A stretch of 64,000 bases of DNA. Source: Octopus vulgaris (lineage: Eukaryota). The stretch lies in NCBI GenBank assembly GCA_951406725.2, contig OX597824.1, positions 38,750,001 to 38,814,000 on the forward strand. The letters run 5' to 3'. Position numbers and translations under genes: made by a program. The notes under the pieces are model-generated. The model was not told the origin of the DNA, made no database searches, and worked only from the letters and a program-made list of their open reading frames with translations. Of the stretch, positions 1 through 14,395 are shown piece by piece (position 1 is the first letter of the stretch; every line of letters starts with the position of its first letter).

Positions 1-29
1 CACACATGCATATACACACACACACACAC

Positions 30-95
<66 letters not shown>

Positions 96-675
96 AGAGA
101 GAGAGAGAGAGAGACTATTATATACGTATGTTTTTTTTTATGTTGTCTCTCACCACAGCGAGACAACCGGCATTGGTTTGCTTACGTCTCCTTCTCGGAA
201 TGAAACGAGAGCAGACAGAATAAGTATAGCGCTTTTTTCGACTTCACCCTTCTACGTGGTGCCCCAGCATGACTGCAGTGCTGTAATTGAAGCAATAAAA
301 GAATAAAAGGATATATGCACATTTGTGTAACTTATTCATAAATGCTTAGATGCCATAGAAAGCTGCTTGACGACCTTTTTATAGTCATTTCTTTATCTGT
401 CTGTCTATCTGTCTTTGTTTACATGTTTGTGAAGGCGCGTGGACTAATGATTAGTGTACTGCACTCATGATCGGAAGATCGCGGTTTCGACTAAGCAAAT
501 TGATTTAATGTTGCTTTAGCTAACAAAGCGACCAATTACTTACCCCACCACGAACTGGTGTCCCGTTGGAGGAGAATGTTGTAATCTCGGTCACAAATAC
601 TCCCTGGAAATCGGGTAACCAGTCCTATAAGTTTCAATACACGAGAGTTTATATATATATATACACACACACACA

Positions 676-738
<63 letters not shown>

Positions 739-1119
739 ATGTATATATATATATGTATATAGCCAAGATAAATACGTATGTACTGTGTTGAGTAGTAGAT
801 GTGTCTTCACAGATTTTGACGGAATGACATACAGTTATCTTACTACACTGAAAGGAGAAATATTATCAATTTAAAGAGAAACATGGCGCGTCTATCAAAT
901 TTTACAAATCTTAAAATCCAAAAATATTGCCAACTATTTCAAAACTATCAGACATTTGACAGTGAATTAATCATAGAGATAGAATCAAAGGAAACAAAAT
1001 GTTTATAGACGCTTCAGTTAACGTTCTCACCAAAGAGAATTCCGTCGGGAAATAAAATATCATAAACACAATATATACATACACACGTATATATATGTAT
1101 GTACATATATATATCTATG

Positions 1120-1192
<73 letters not shown>

Positions 1193-1406
1193 ATAAATAT
1201 ATATATATGTATATATATTATATATATGTATATATACATATACATATATATATATATATATATGAGTATATATATGTATGTAAGTATGTATATGTGTATG
1301 TATGTGTGTGCCTGTTTGTATATAAATACATATATATATATATATATATACATGTATGTATACATACACATATATATGCATGTATGCATGTATGTATGTA
1401 TGTATG

Positions 1407-1476
<70 letters not shown>

Positions 1477-1694
1477 ATACTGTTCTGTCTGGGGAGTTTC
1501 ATTTTCTTTTAGTGCCTTACGATTTAACACACCAGTAAAATTTCCACTGATTTCCGTCGTTATTTTTCTAAAATCATTGAAAAGGTTGCAAACGTGTGTA
1601 AATATATACACATACGCACAGACCCGCACACATAAATACATTTATCTATATGTATATACAAATATACTGTATGTGTACATATATATATACGTAT

Positions 1695-1995
1695 ATGGCT
1701 GCTGGTCTTGTGGGTAGAATGTTGTACTCGCGATCAAGCAGTCGTGATTTCAATTACTAGAGCGGGGTGGGGTGCGTTGTGTTCTTGAGTAAAACACTTC
1801 ACGTCACGCTGCTCTACGATCACTTCGACACATGTCGCGTGGTACACAGTGCACCTGTTCAGATAACATCGATTTGATTGAGAAAAGGAATTAATGTGCG
1901 ACACGAACATTCGATCACTATAAACAAATCATTTGTGCAGGCCGTTCGGCAAAAGCTGAATGCTCATACGTTGTTTTCAAAGGGAGAGTCCATCA
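1695..1995 (+). mobile_element. tRNA-derived SINE; paralog at about 42980-43260
   Basis: About 280 bp of high similarity to 42980-43260. Confidence 0.8.
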
Positions 1996-2045
1996 TATAT
2001 ATATATATATATATATATACATACATACACACACACACACACACG

Positions 2046-2104
<59 letters not shown>

Positions 2105-2488
2105 AATGTAAGCATGTATGCATATGTTTGTATACATATGTTATTAACATGTTCATAGCAAATTTCGGCTGATTAATCCTGATATTGCTCCGACACGGCC
2201 AGCCCCAATGAAAAACTAAGCTGCGAGCATTAGATTTCTTGGAAAAAGGAGCGAATGTAAACGAAACAAGGACAGAAAAATGGACGAAGCCACACGAATA
2301 TAAATACAAAAAAACAAAAACAAAAATAAAAATAAAATCAAGAATGGTAATAACAGGATAACAGCAGGTGTCTTACGACTTTAGACAAATTTAGACATAT
2401 TTAACTTATCTAGCAGGCGTGTTTGGAAGAATTTAAGTCGAATGTCTCGAACCCAGTACTTATTTATTTATTTATTGTTAATCCTGAA

Positions 2489-2568
2489 ACAATCGGTCTC
2501 TTAAGTAGAGCCTGGCACAATCGGTCTCTTAAGTAGAGCCTGGCACAATCGGTCTCTTAAGTAGAGCC
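2489..2568. repeat. Tandem repeat, about 2.9 x 28 bp, inside a SINE family C tail
   Basis: Unit ACAATCGGTCTCTTAAGTAGAGCCTGGC. Confidence 0.9.
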
Positions 2569-2753
2569 GCTAAGGTACGGGGATGCAAACACAAGGACAC
2601 CGGTTATCAAGCGGTGGTGGGACAAATATAGGCACAAAGACATACATCAACATAGAAATATATATACGATACATATATATATGCATACATACATACTTAT
2701 ATTTATAGGTATATATGTACACACAGACATATATATATACATATATATATATG

Positions 2754-2831
<78 letters not shown>

Positions 2832-2833
<2 letters not shown>

Positions 2834-3018
2834 TAATCCTTCGACGAAGGTGAAAGTCCGCGAAGTAGAAACAGTACTGTATATTTCTTTTATTTTTATA
2901 ATTTGCATATGTCTATTTTTTAAATTTTTTTATAAATGCGAAGCACCAGCACGGAAGAATCGATGTAAGCTTAAATAATAATCTTCGATATGTGAAGCGC
3001 GATATTGTGTGAGATTAC

Positions 3019-3021
<3 letters not shown>
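2832..3021 (+). mobile_element. pogo/Tigger-like MITE fragment (right TIR)
   Basis: Ends GCGATATTGTGTGAGATTACTG, approximately complementary to the left TIR at 23460. Shared body. Confidence 0.55.
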
Positions 3022-3104
<83 letters not shown>

Positions 3105-3115
3105 CATATATTTAT

Positions 3116-3159
<44 letters not shown>

Positions 3160-3960
3160 GAAGGTATGATGGATTGTTGGTATGGGTATTGAATATTATT
3201 ATAACACATCATTTTGATATACACACATACATACACACACATACATATATATGTATATATGTATGTATACTTATATCTATCTATCTATCTATTTATCTAT
3301 TTATCTATCTCTATATTTAAATTTATATTTAAATTTATATAAATAAGGATATAAGAACGTTATTTAAAATACTGAACTTAGGTGGCCAGCATGGGAATAA
3401 AACCTCAAATGTAATAAATAAGAGAGAAGACAACGAAACAAGGTGATGTATGAACATTCAATGTGATTTTAGCTTCAAGATTTGACCGCTATTTCTAGCA
3501 TGGTGGTATCTCTTAGATACCCTTAATTATAATTTTAATGATCTCTCTCTCTCTCTTTCTCCCTCTCTCTCTCTCTATATATAAATATATTGCTAGGTTT
3601 CGGCCAGGATTGGCCCATGCCATGTTTAAGTTAATAGCACCACCTGGCGAAGTCATTCACATCAAGAGTCGCACAACATGGCCCACTCGAGTAGAGAGTT
3701 ATATCTTACAGAGACATATCCGGGTGTAGGAGGTTTATCAGGGATTTCTTCAAGAAATTTATCCAAAGATTTCTTGAACTTTATGGGGTCTGTTTCTGTT
3801 TTAATGTGTTTTGGTTTAATGTCAAAGAGAGCGGGACCAATTGTGGTTAAAGAATTGTGCCGTATTGTTGTTATGAGATGCGAGTCTCATTTATATATAT
3901 GTATATATGTATACATATAAACTTTCACACCCACACATATATGTTCATATATATATATAC

Positions 3961-4042
<82 letters not shown>

Positions 4043-4122
4043 ATTTATATATATATATATACCGTATTTTGGTATTTGAGTACTCTTTTTTCCACCTTGT
4101 TTCACATTTATGTGTTTACTCC

Positions 4123-4171
<49 letters not shown>

Positions 4172-4172
4172 A

Positions 4173-4224
4173 GCAAAATCTGTCCGATGAACGGCAACGG
4201 GAAACTCAAAGTAACAGGTTTTGT
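4173..4224 (+). ncRNA. Type I hammerhead ribozyme motif (core variant CCGATGA)
   Basis: 11-bp stem I GCAAAATCTGT/ACAGGTTTTGT (two G-U pairs), CCGATGA at 4184-4190, imperfect stem II, GAAAC at 4201-4205, stem III ACT/AGT, cleavage triplet GTA at 4211-4213. Confidence 0.6.
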
Positions 4225-4243
4225 TGAATTTTCTGCTGCTTTA

Positions 4244-4287
<44 letters not shown>

Positions 4288-4969
4288 ACAGACATTTATA
4301 CAGATACGTGAGTGTGTATATATATATATATATATATGTGTGTGTTTGTTTCCATGTGTATACTTATACAGACACACGCACAAACACACGCATGTATATA
4401 TATATTTGGAAATGCTTTTACATGTGTGTGTATTATATATGACTATATATTTATATGCACACACACAAGCATATATATATATATATGTGGTTATATATAT
4501 ATATGATTATATATATAATTGACTATATATATATATATATATAAGTATGCATGCATGTATTGATACATATGTATGTGTATATATGTGTACGCATATACAA
4601 ACAAACATCTAATAGAGTATTAAGAAGTCGTGTGTATTTACGCGTTTTATCATATTGTAGTTAGATGTGCGAATATGCGTATATACTTCTGTGTCTGTGG
4701 TGAATGTATGTGCATGTGTGTGTGTTTGGGAATGTGTATGTCTTCGCACGTGGCTGAGTATCTATGGCTGTGTATGTTAAGAGGTGTAGGATCATTTTAC
4801 ACGCAAAAATGTATGCTTTGTGAAAGAGATATAGGATGACATTGATTGATAAGTATATTCGGGTATTACGTGTTTGTATAAACGTAAAGTATCATCCCTA
4901 AGAGAAGAATTACTTATACATACAAACATTTAGTTATATACATTTATATACATAAATACATACATATAC

Positions 4970-5034
<65 letters not shown>

Positions 5035-5588
5035 GGGAAAGATATATATACATATACGCATATATATACATACATAAATATACTTACAATATACTTACAA
5101 ATATATGTAAACATATATATATATAAACATGCATATTTCATTCCTATGTTCTGAAAACTATGCAGCCTTGGATTTTTTTTTATCTCACTCTGTTAATTTT
5201 AATATATATATATATAAATATACATATATATATGTATGTGTGTGTGTGTGTGTGTGTATACATGCATATATGGATACAGGACATCAAAAAACGTGGACAC
5301 AACTATAAACGAAAACATATAAACAAAAACATAGAAAACGAACTTCGTTTCGAACTACGAAAAAAAAACAACAAATAAACAGAGAAACGTGACATGCAAC
5401 ATAAAGAGCATTCTCTTCATCAGTTGTCCTCTGTTTCATCTACTCTGCGTTCCGAAGGTAAGGACAATACGCGACTTCGTTAAAACAGTGCTTCTCGCAA
5501 AGTAAATTAAATAAAATTTGGGACTTTTTGCGGAGGGTGAAAGTGGTAACAAAAACAGGACAGTGGGAACAAGACAAGGAGGAAGAGT

Positions 5589-5633
<45 letters not shown>

Positions 5634-5909
5634 GGGGGGGGAACGATGATCTGTATACATGTGTGTGTGTGTGTATGTGTGTGTCTGTGTGTATGTAGGT
5701 ATGTATAAATTCACATACGCTTGCATATATCTTTATCTTCTCTCTTATTTACTTCTGTCATTAAACTGCAGGCATGCTGAGGCACCGTCTTGAAGAACCC
5801 TCAGTCGAATAAAACGACTTAAGCACTATTTTTAAAAGTCTGGTACAAACACAAACACACACACACACACACGCACACACACACACACACATATCTGTCG
5901 ACACTGGAC

Positions 5910-5981
<72 letters not shown>

Positions 5982-6630
5982 TGGACGTGCTGCCTGGGTA
6001 GGCAAGGTAGGTAGGTCGATAGTAAAGATTTTCCTTCTCTGAAAAAATCTGCACCAAATTCAATAAAATTATGAAGGTTACTCTGATTATTATGCATAAA
6101 ATAAAAAATATTTTATATTTTTGTAGATTAGGTAGGCATAATTCGCCCCGCCTTTAAATCTCAGTATTAAAGCTACACATAGTATTGCTGTAGTACACAT
6201 ATTGCGTACATTCCTACAACGACGTTTTCTTTGCGTACCTTAAATGCAGAGGTAAATCTGCCTCAAGTTCAGTCGCGCGCCAGTGTTTCGCTTATTGTTT
6301 TTTGTACTTTACTACACAAACGTTACCAACTGCCTACTCTGAGTAATTACTGACGGCACGATGTATATTTAAAGGTGGTGCTACAGCATGAGTGCAACTT
6401 TAAAGCTGAAATAATCTAAATAGACACACACATACACACGCACACGTACGCACACACACGCACACGCACGCACGCGCACACACATACACACACACACACG
6501 TAACGGTCTTCTTTCAGATTCCGTCTGCCAAATCTCCACAGAAGATTATGGACGGCTCGAGTCGAAACTAGTAGGTATGTTCAGTCCCACTGCGTTGAAC
6601 TGAATCTGCGCTTATAATATCTATCAATCA

Positions 6631-6730
<100 letters not shown>

Positions 6731-6961
6731 GTTTGTCTGTCTGTTTCTATCTGTCTCTCTCGCTGTATATTAATATATATATATTATATATAGTATATAT
6801 ATATATAGTATAAATCTGAAGAATCCACTAGAGTAGATGCAAGCGCTGATATATGATTTATAAAAATGTGCGATATGTTAATAAAAATCTGTAAATGAAC
6901 AACCATCCAGATTTCTGTACATCACCTTCAAACCTTCTAATAGAAATATATATATATATAT

Positions 6962-7015
<54 letters not shown>

Positions 7016-7111
7016 GTATGTATTCACACACACAAACATATATTCATATGTATATACACACACACACATACATATATATGTATGTATGTATATATATATA
7101 TATGTGTATAC

Positions 7112-7151
<40 letters not shown>

Positions 7152-7198
7152 CTATCTAGCTGTTCGGATGTTTTGCGTTCTTGTCCCATTTTGTATTT

Positions 7199-7230
<32 letters not shown>

Positions 7231-7244
7231 CATTCATATATATA

Positions 7245-7650
7245 GTCGCAGGAGTGGTTGTGTGGTAAGAAGCTTTGTTACCAGTCACATTGTTCCGGAT
7301 TCTGTCCCACTGTGTGGTTCCTGGGGGAAGTGTCTTTTACTATAGCCTGGGGACGATTAAAGCCTTGTGAGTGGACTTGGAAGACGGAAACTAAACGAAG
7401 TTCGTCATATATATATATATATATATACATGTATATAAATGTGCGGGCGGTATGTTTGTGTGTCTGTGCTTGACAACTGATGTTGGTGTGTTTACGTCCC
7501 CATAAATTAGTGGTGCAGCAAAAGACACCAATAGAATAAGTACTAGGCTTACATAGAATAAGACCTGGAGTCAACATGTTCGACAAAAAGCAGTGGTCCA
7601 GCATGGCCGCAGTCAAATGACTGAAACTAATAAAAGAAAATAATAAAAAG
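7245..7650 (+). mobile_element. SINE family C
   Basis: Reverse-complement match to 44245-44695. Confidence 0.8.
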
Positions 7651-7659
7651 AACATATAT

Positions 7660-7727
<68 letters not shown>

Positions 7728-7741
7728 TATATTATATATGC

Positions 7742-7775
<34 letters not shown>

Positions 7776-8914
7776 TCATTACATTAGATCCATTTGTGAA
7801 TATCCGAATGTTTTTCCTAAAATTCGCCTCTCATTGCATATGTGTGTGTGTGTGTGTTAAGAAAGATATACAGAGAGGTAAAAGTGAGTGTTTAAATGTC
7901 TGAAAGATTATTGAGAGAATGAGTGAGGGGGAGATGCATGCAGGCAGGCAGGCAAGTAGGCAGACACCCATAGACATAACTCTTGCGCTTATCGCCCCAA
8001 TTATCTGATAAATCAGTTTGATAAACGCAAAAACGATTCCATCTTATACCCAGACCTTCCACTCTATTTCCTCTCTTTTCTTCCTCTACAGCCGTCTTCA
8101 TCACCATCGTTATCAGTATAATCCTCCCTACCATCATTGTCACCGTCGCCATCACCAGCATCTTGTAAATAAGTAGACCGTCTTGTAAATAAATAGACCG
8201 GCGATATTTCCTCTGCTCGTTCCTAAAGTGGTGGTGGCCATGGCGCAAATTTTCCGTTTTGATACGTCTTCAATTCATTTCCTTACCGCTGTTCAGTTAC
8301 ATCTAGCACAATCTTCCATCCTTGTGGCGAGTAACAAACACGATAATCATTATTATTTTTATCGTTAGTTCCTTCTTAGTTTTTCATTCTTGTATTTTAA
8401 ATTCTTCCTTTTATTTTAACTATTTTTACTTTTTTTTTTTAATTTTTGTCTTGACTTCCTTCTGTCGGGAACCACCAGTTTTTCCTCGCCGCTGCACAAC
8501 ATCAAAGGAAACCGGTTCCCTATCTAATGAATGCATCATTGCCGAAAGCGAAAAGTTAAACTAATGCTGTATGGTCGAATGATAATGTATATTATTATTA
8601 TTGCGATATTTATTCACGCGCTGAATGTGTGTGTGTGTATATGTCTGTGATTGTGAGTGTGGGGTGGGTGAGAGCGAACGATAAAGATATGTGTGTGTGT
8701 GTGTGTAATATATTGCATATGTGTGTGCTCGCGTGCATGTATAATATATATATATATATATATATATAAAAGAGTGCGTGCATGCGTGTATAAAGAGAAA
8801 GAGAGGGAGGAAATGTGGGTAAGAGATAAAGAAACATCTATTTAGATGTACATATTTCTTTTTAAAGTACCTATAAGTGTGTGCGTATATATATGTATGT
8901 ATATATGTACATAA

Positions 8915-8971
<57 letters not shown>

Positions 8972-9031
8972 TATACATACATATATATATATACAGAAAG
9001 ATAGATAAATGTATGTATATGTATGTATATG

Positions 9032-9062
<31 letters not shown>

Positions 9063-9247
9063 ATGTGTATACGTTTATATATGTATATATATATTTGTAT
9101 GTGCGAGTATGTACGTGAGTGAGTGTGTGTGTGTGTGTGTAAATAAATGTATATTTTACATATATTTGTGAATATGTGTATGCGTACATATAGGTATGTA
9201 TACTAATATCTCAGTATATGTAGGTTTACATTTACATTTACAAACAG

Positions 9248-9297
<50 letters not shown>

Positions 9298-9374
9298 ATC
9301 TATAATATCTCACTCTCATGCTCTCTCTCTCTTTGTATATATATGTTACATGTACAACATAAATATACATATGT

Positions 9375-9745
9375 GAAGGCGCAGAGGCCCAGTGGTTAGG
9401 GCAGCGGACACGCGGTCTAAGTATTGCGGTTTCGATTACCAGACCGGGCGTTGTGAAAGTTTCTTGAGCAAAAACTCTTAAAGCTCCATGAGGCACCGCT
9501 AGTGGGTGGTGGCGAACCCTGCTGTATTCTTTGGTCACAACTTTCTGTCACTTTTTCCTCCTGTTTCTGTTGTACCTCTATTTCATAAGGCCAGCCTTGT
9601 CATACTCTGTGTAACACTGAATCTCCCTGAGAACTTCGTTAACGGTAACACGGATCTGTGGAATGGTCAGTCACTTGCACGAGCAGGCTGTTCCGTTGAT
9701 CGGATCAACTGGAAACTTCCTCGTCGTAGCCGACGGAGTTCCATG
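9375..9745 (+). mobile_element. SINE family B head with an alternative tail
   Basis: Head matches 17052 onward. The tail (...GATCGGATCAACTGGAAACTTCCTCGTCGTAGCCGACGGAGT) matches the tail of 15266-15600. Confidence 0.8.
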
Positions 9746-9773
9746 ATATGTAAATATATGCATGTGTATATTA

Positions 9774-9853
<80 letters not shown>

Positions 9854-9936
9854 CTATCTACATATGTATGTCTCCCCATATATATATATATATATATGTG
9901 TATATATATATATATGTGTATATATATATATATGTG

Positions 9937-9999
<63 letters not shown>

Positions 10000-10161
10000 T
10001 ATACATACATATATATCTCCCCCTCTCTCTATATATATATATATGTGTGTATATATATATATGTGTGTATACATATATGTATGTATACGGAATCATTTAT
10101 GTACATATATACATATGTGTGTGTACACATGTATATGTATACATATATATTTATATATTTG

Positions 10162-10208
<47 letters not shown>

Positions 10209-10819
10209 GCATATATATATATGAATATGTAAAGTTCTATACATATGCTTGTGTGTACAATTTTATGTATATACATGCATATTTGTATACATACATACAC
10301 ACACATATATAAATACAATGTGGAGTGATACGTAATTATACTTGACACAAGTTTCGTACAAGTATCGGTAAACACTTTGACAAAAAGAATGTCAAAGAAA
10401 ATACACCTATTCAACAGACGAGAATACACAAGGCTACCTGAAACCAAACAGAGAGAATAAACTGCAACAAAATCATGACATGGATTATCGACAATTGTAC
10501 CTATATATACAATTATAACACGGAGTTTCAATGAACATTCGTACCATCTCCGAGCAATAAAACGTCCCGACGTGATGTAGCGACATGTTTATTGCATGTC
10601 ACAGTGATGTTAGTTAATTGTCATACCTTCTAAGAGCAATAAACCGTACCCAAAGCCTGCCGTAGAATAGCAACAAGTTTATTGCCCTCTACACTGAACG
10701 TTAGTCAGCTTCCATATTATCTACATGCAGTAAACTGAACCAAAAGACTGATATCTATGTTTATCGCTAAATGTTAGTTCACTTCTAATCCATCTAGGAG
10801 TATACAGTTCTATTTAAAT

Positions 10820-11300
10820 ACCTATTTCTTTATTACCCACAAGGGGCTAAACACAGAGGGGACAAACAAGGACAGACATAGGTATTAAGTCGATTTCATC
10901 GACCCCAGTGCGTAACTGGTACTTAATTTATCGACCCCGAAAGGATGAAAGGCAAAGTCGACCTCGGCGGAATTTGAACTCACAACGTAACGCAGACGAA
11001 ATACCGCTAAGCATTTCGCCCGGCGTGCTAACGTTTCTGCCAGCTCCTCTCGTAGCGAAGAAGCCACTCGTAGCATCATGCCCAATCATTGGTTTCAAAT
11101 TTTGGCACAAATCCAGCAATTTTGGGGAAGGAATAAGTCGATTACCCTAGTTATTCAACAGGTTCTTATTTTATCGATCCCAAAAGGATGAAAAGTTGAG
11201 TTGACGCCGGCGACATTTGAACCCAAAACACACAGACCGATGAAATGCTGCTAATCATTTTGTCCGGCGTGCTAACGATTCGGCCAAGTTCGCCACCTTA
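10820..11300 (-). mobile_element. SINE family A (tRNA-like head, central GACTTTGCCTTTCATCCTTTCGGGGTCGATAAA domain), two copies
   Basis: High identity to 29700-29920 and 60104-60345. The central domain resembles the Meta/MESC SINE domain as I recall it (not verified). Confidence 0.85.
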
Positions 11301-11408
11301 TTTTAACTAAATATTAATATTAGTATCTTCATTAATATTCCCCGTATGTTCGAACAATAAATCATTTATACATTTATGCACCCACACATACTCATACATA
11401 TCGCATAT

Positions 11409-11711
11409 CACGTGATCACGTGATCGACCAGACCATCAGATGTTGTTACACATCGCTGGTCACGATGCGTTCGCATTGTTTTAGCCTTCGAATGACGCCA
11501 CCCCGCTGGCTAAGCGAGCAGGCCAACAGAAGAAAGAGTGGGAGAACGAGTGGTGAAAGAGTACAGCAGGTATCATCACCCCCTGCCGGAGCATCGTGAA
11601 GCTTTTAAGTGTTTTCGCTCAATAAACATTCACAACGCCCGGTCTGGGAATCGAAACCGCGATCCTACGACCGCGAGTCCGCTGCCCTAACCACTGAGCC
11701 ATTGCACCTCC
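11409..11711 (-). mobile_element. SINE family B, full length with 13-bp TSD
   Basis: TSD ACATATCGCATAT at 11396-11408 and 11712-11724. tRNA-like head and (ATCACGTG)n-type tail. Matches 17052-17355. Confidence 0.9.
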
Positions 11712-12130
11712 ACATATCGCATATGTACTGGTAAATAGGTCTAACCGACTGGTTCCTGGTTATAATACCGAGACAAAACTGCCAATTCTGAGGTTTATCC
11801 GTCTGCTTTTTCATTGGTCAAAGTTATTGTTCTTAAGGTGACAATCTCTCTGTGATGCAGTTTATATTTACAATGAACCGCATACAGTTTTTGAAGACAG
11901 AGAACAGAAATGAGGGAGACAGAGAGGGTGTGTGTGTGTGAGAGAGAGAGAGAGATTATAGTGAGCGAGAAGGGGCAGATATCACAGGGCGTGATACAGA
12001 AATCGGTGAGAGAGAAAGAGATTAAAGAGTCAGAGTGCAAGAGAAATTACAGAGACGGGGAGATGTCCCAGAAAGAGATAGAGAGATAAGTGAGAGAGGA
12101 GAGAGAGAGAGAGAGGGAGGGAGAGAGAGA

Positions 12131-12167
<37 letters not shown>

Positions 12168-12569
12168 GTTAAAGACAAGAATATCTGTTGTTGAAGTATC
12201 AGAGCAGATGTTTGCCAGCTTATTCACCGTTGTATTACAAGTGTTTTTCGGAACTTAGATATTGTATTAGCTAATTTTTTAACGGATGTTGCTGGTGTTA
12301 TAATACTAACATGGGTCTTTATTGTTATATAAACAAAAAACTTCGTTCACAAAGAATGTATGCGATACATGATATGCACAGCTTGTTTCCCTATTATTTC
12401 TGTTTCTATATTCTTAATGATTGTATGAGTGCCAGAGTTTGATTGTTGTTGTTAAATCCTAAGTCGGCTGTGATCAGATGACCTATGATCAAAAGTGTTG
12501 CAGGAACAACAATTCCAGCTTACATTCAGACATAAAGTATTTAGAATTACATTAATATTATTGTTTGAA

Positions 12570-13290
12570 GGCGGTGATCTAGCCGAAACGTTAGCACGCT
12601 GTGCGAAATACTTAGCGTTTTTCCCTCTGTCTTTATGTTCTGAGTTCAAAATCCGCCGAGGTCGACTTTGCCTTTCATCCTTCGGGAGTCGATAAATTAA
12701 ATACCAGTTGCGTACTGGAGTCGGTCTAATCGACTGGCTCCCGACCCCAAAATTTCGGGCCTTGTGCCTAGAGTAGAAAAGGCGGCGAGCTGACAGAAAT
12801 GTTAGCATGCAGGGCGAAATGCTTAGCGGTATTTCGTCTGCCGCGACGTTCTGAGTTACGCCCTGGGGTCAATATATTCGACTTAATCCGTCTGTCTGTC
12901 CTTGTTTGTCCTCTCTGTGTTTAGCCCCTTGTGGGTAGTAAAGAAATAGGTATTTCGTCGCCGCTACGCTCTGAGTTCAAATTCCGCCGAGGTCGACTTT
13001 GCCTTTCATCCTTTCGGGGTCGATTAAATAAGTACCAGTTACGCAATGGGGTCGATATAATCGACTTTATCTGTTTGACTGTCCTTATTTGTCCTCTCTG
13101 TGTTTAGCCCCTTGTGGGTAGTAAAGAAATAGGTATTTCGTCTTTTTTTATGTTCTGAGTTCAAAATCCGCTGAGGTCGACTTTGCCTTTCATCCTTACG
13201 GGGGTCGATAAATTAAGAACGAGTTGCATACTGGGGTCGATCTAATCGACTCACCCCTCCCTCCAACTTTTGGGCCTTGTGCCTAGAAAG
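12570..13290 (+). mobile_element. Head-to-tail cluster of SINE family A units
   Basis: Three central domains (about 12660, 12990 and 13175) with two alternative tails in tandem. Confidence 0.85.
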
Positions 13291-13554
13291 AAAACATTAA
13301 TATTATTGTTTCGGACTTCAAATTGAAAAAAATATACGCTCTGCAAACTTGATATCGGCATAAGAAAAATAAAGGAGGAAACATCTATGGATTATTGCTG
13401 ACGCGTTTCCAAATCTAGTACACTTTCAGTTTTATACTTAAGACCAATGGCTGGCTAACTCTTATCATCGATCCATTCAAGAAATTGTTCATAACTTATC
13501 GACTCCCATTGTGTAAATATCTAAAATGCAATTGAAGTTTATTTTTTTATCAAA

Positions 13555-13925
13555 TACTTACTTGTTTCAGTCATTAGACTGCGGCCATGCTGGAGCACCG
13601 CCTTGAAGAAGTTTTAACCGATGATATCGACCCCGGTACGTGTTCTATCAGTTTCTTTAGCCGAACCTCTAACTTACGGGACCGTAAACAACCAATACCG
13701 GTCGTCCAGCAGTGCGGGGGGGACAACCATAGACACAAAGACAAACACACATAATGCAAACACACACACATATATATATATACATATATATATACACGGG
13801 CTTTTTCAGTTTCCGTTTATAAAATCTACTCACAAGACTTTGGTTGGCCCGAGGATATTGTTGAAGACATTTGCCCAAAATGCCACGCAGTGAGAGTGAA
13901 TCCAAAACCGTTTGGTTTAGAAGCA
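13555..13925 (-). mobile_element. SINE family C
   Basis: Matches 44245-44695. Confidence 0.8.
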
Positions 13926-14064
13926 ATAAAGCCTTCGTTCTTTCTTGTCATTATTGTATTGTAATATAAAATATTCGAAGTAATTTGATAAATTTAAAGT
14001 AATGTAATGAAAAACGAAATTGATAAGAAAAAATAAAAAATCCAATCATTTTATAATGATATAG

Positions 14065-14395
14065 GGTAAAGACCCCCTTCGGTCATGAATGACCATGGGA
14101 TTGCACCTAGAAAGTTACCCTCCTAGACACAAGTCAGGGCAAGGTTGTTTATGGAAGGCTAGCAGTCGCCCATGCATACCAGCCTCCCCTCTCCACGCCA
14201 CCAGTGTTATCCAAGGGAAAGACAAAGGTCGATACAGCTTGGCACCTGTGACGTTGCAACTCATTTCTACAGCTGAGTGAACTGGAGCAACGTGAAATAA
14301 AGTGCCTTGCTCGAGAACACAACACGCAGCCCGGTCCGGGATTCGAGCTCACAACCTCACGATCGTAAGCTCGACGCTCTAACCACTGAGCCATT
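14065..14395 (-). mobile_element. tRNA-derived SINE with CORE-like centre and a different tail
   Basis: Head ATGGCTCAGTGGTTAGAGCGTCG...GCTCGAATCCC on the minus strand. Shares its centre with 15266-15600. Confidence 0.8.

Noticed and set aside
8240-8368. ATG in good context as Wnt exon 1
   Set aside because: The peptide is not signal-peptide-like and I found no phase-2 TG|GT donor.
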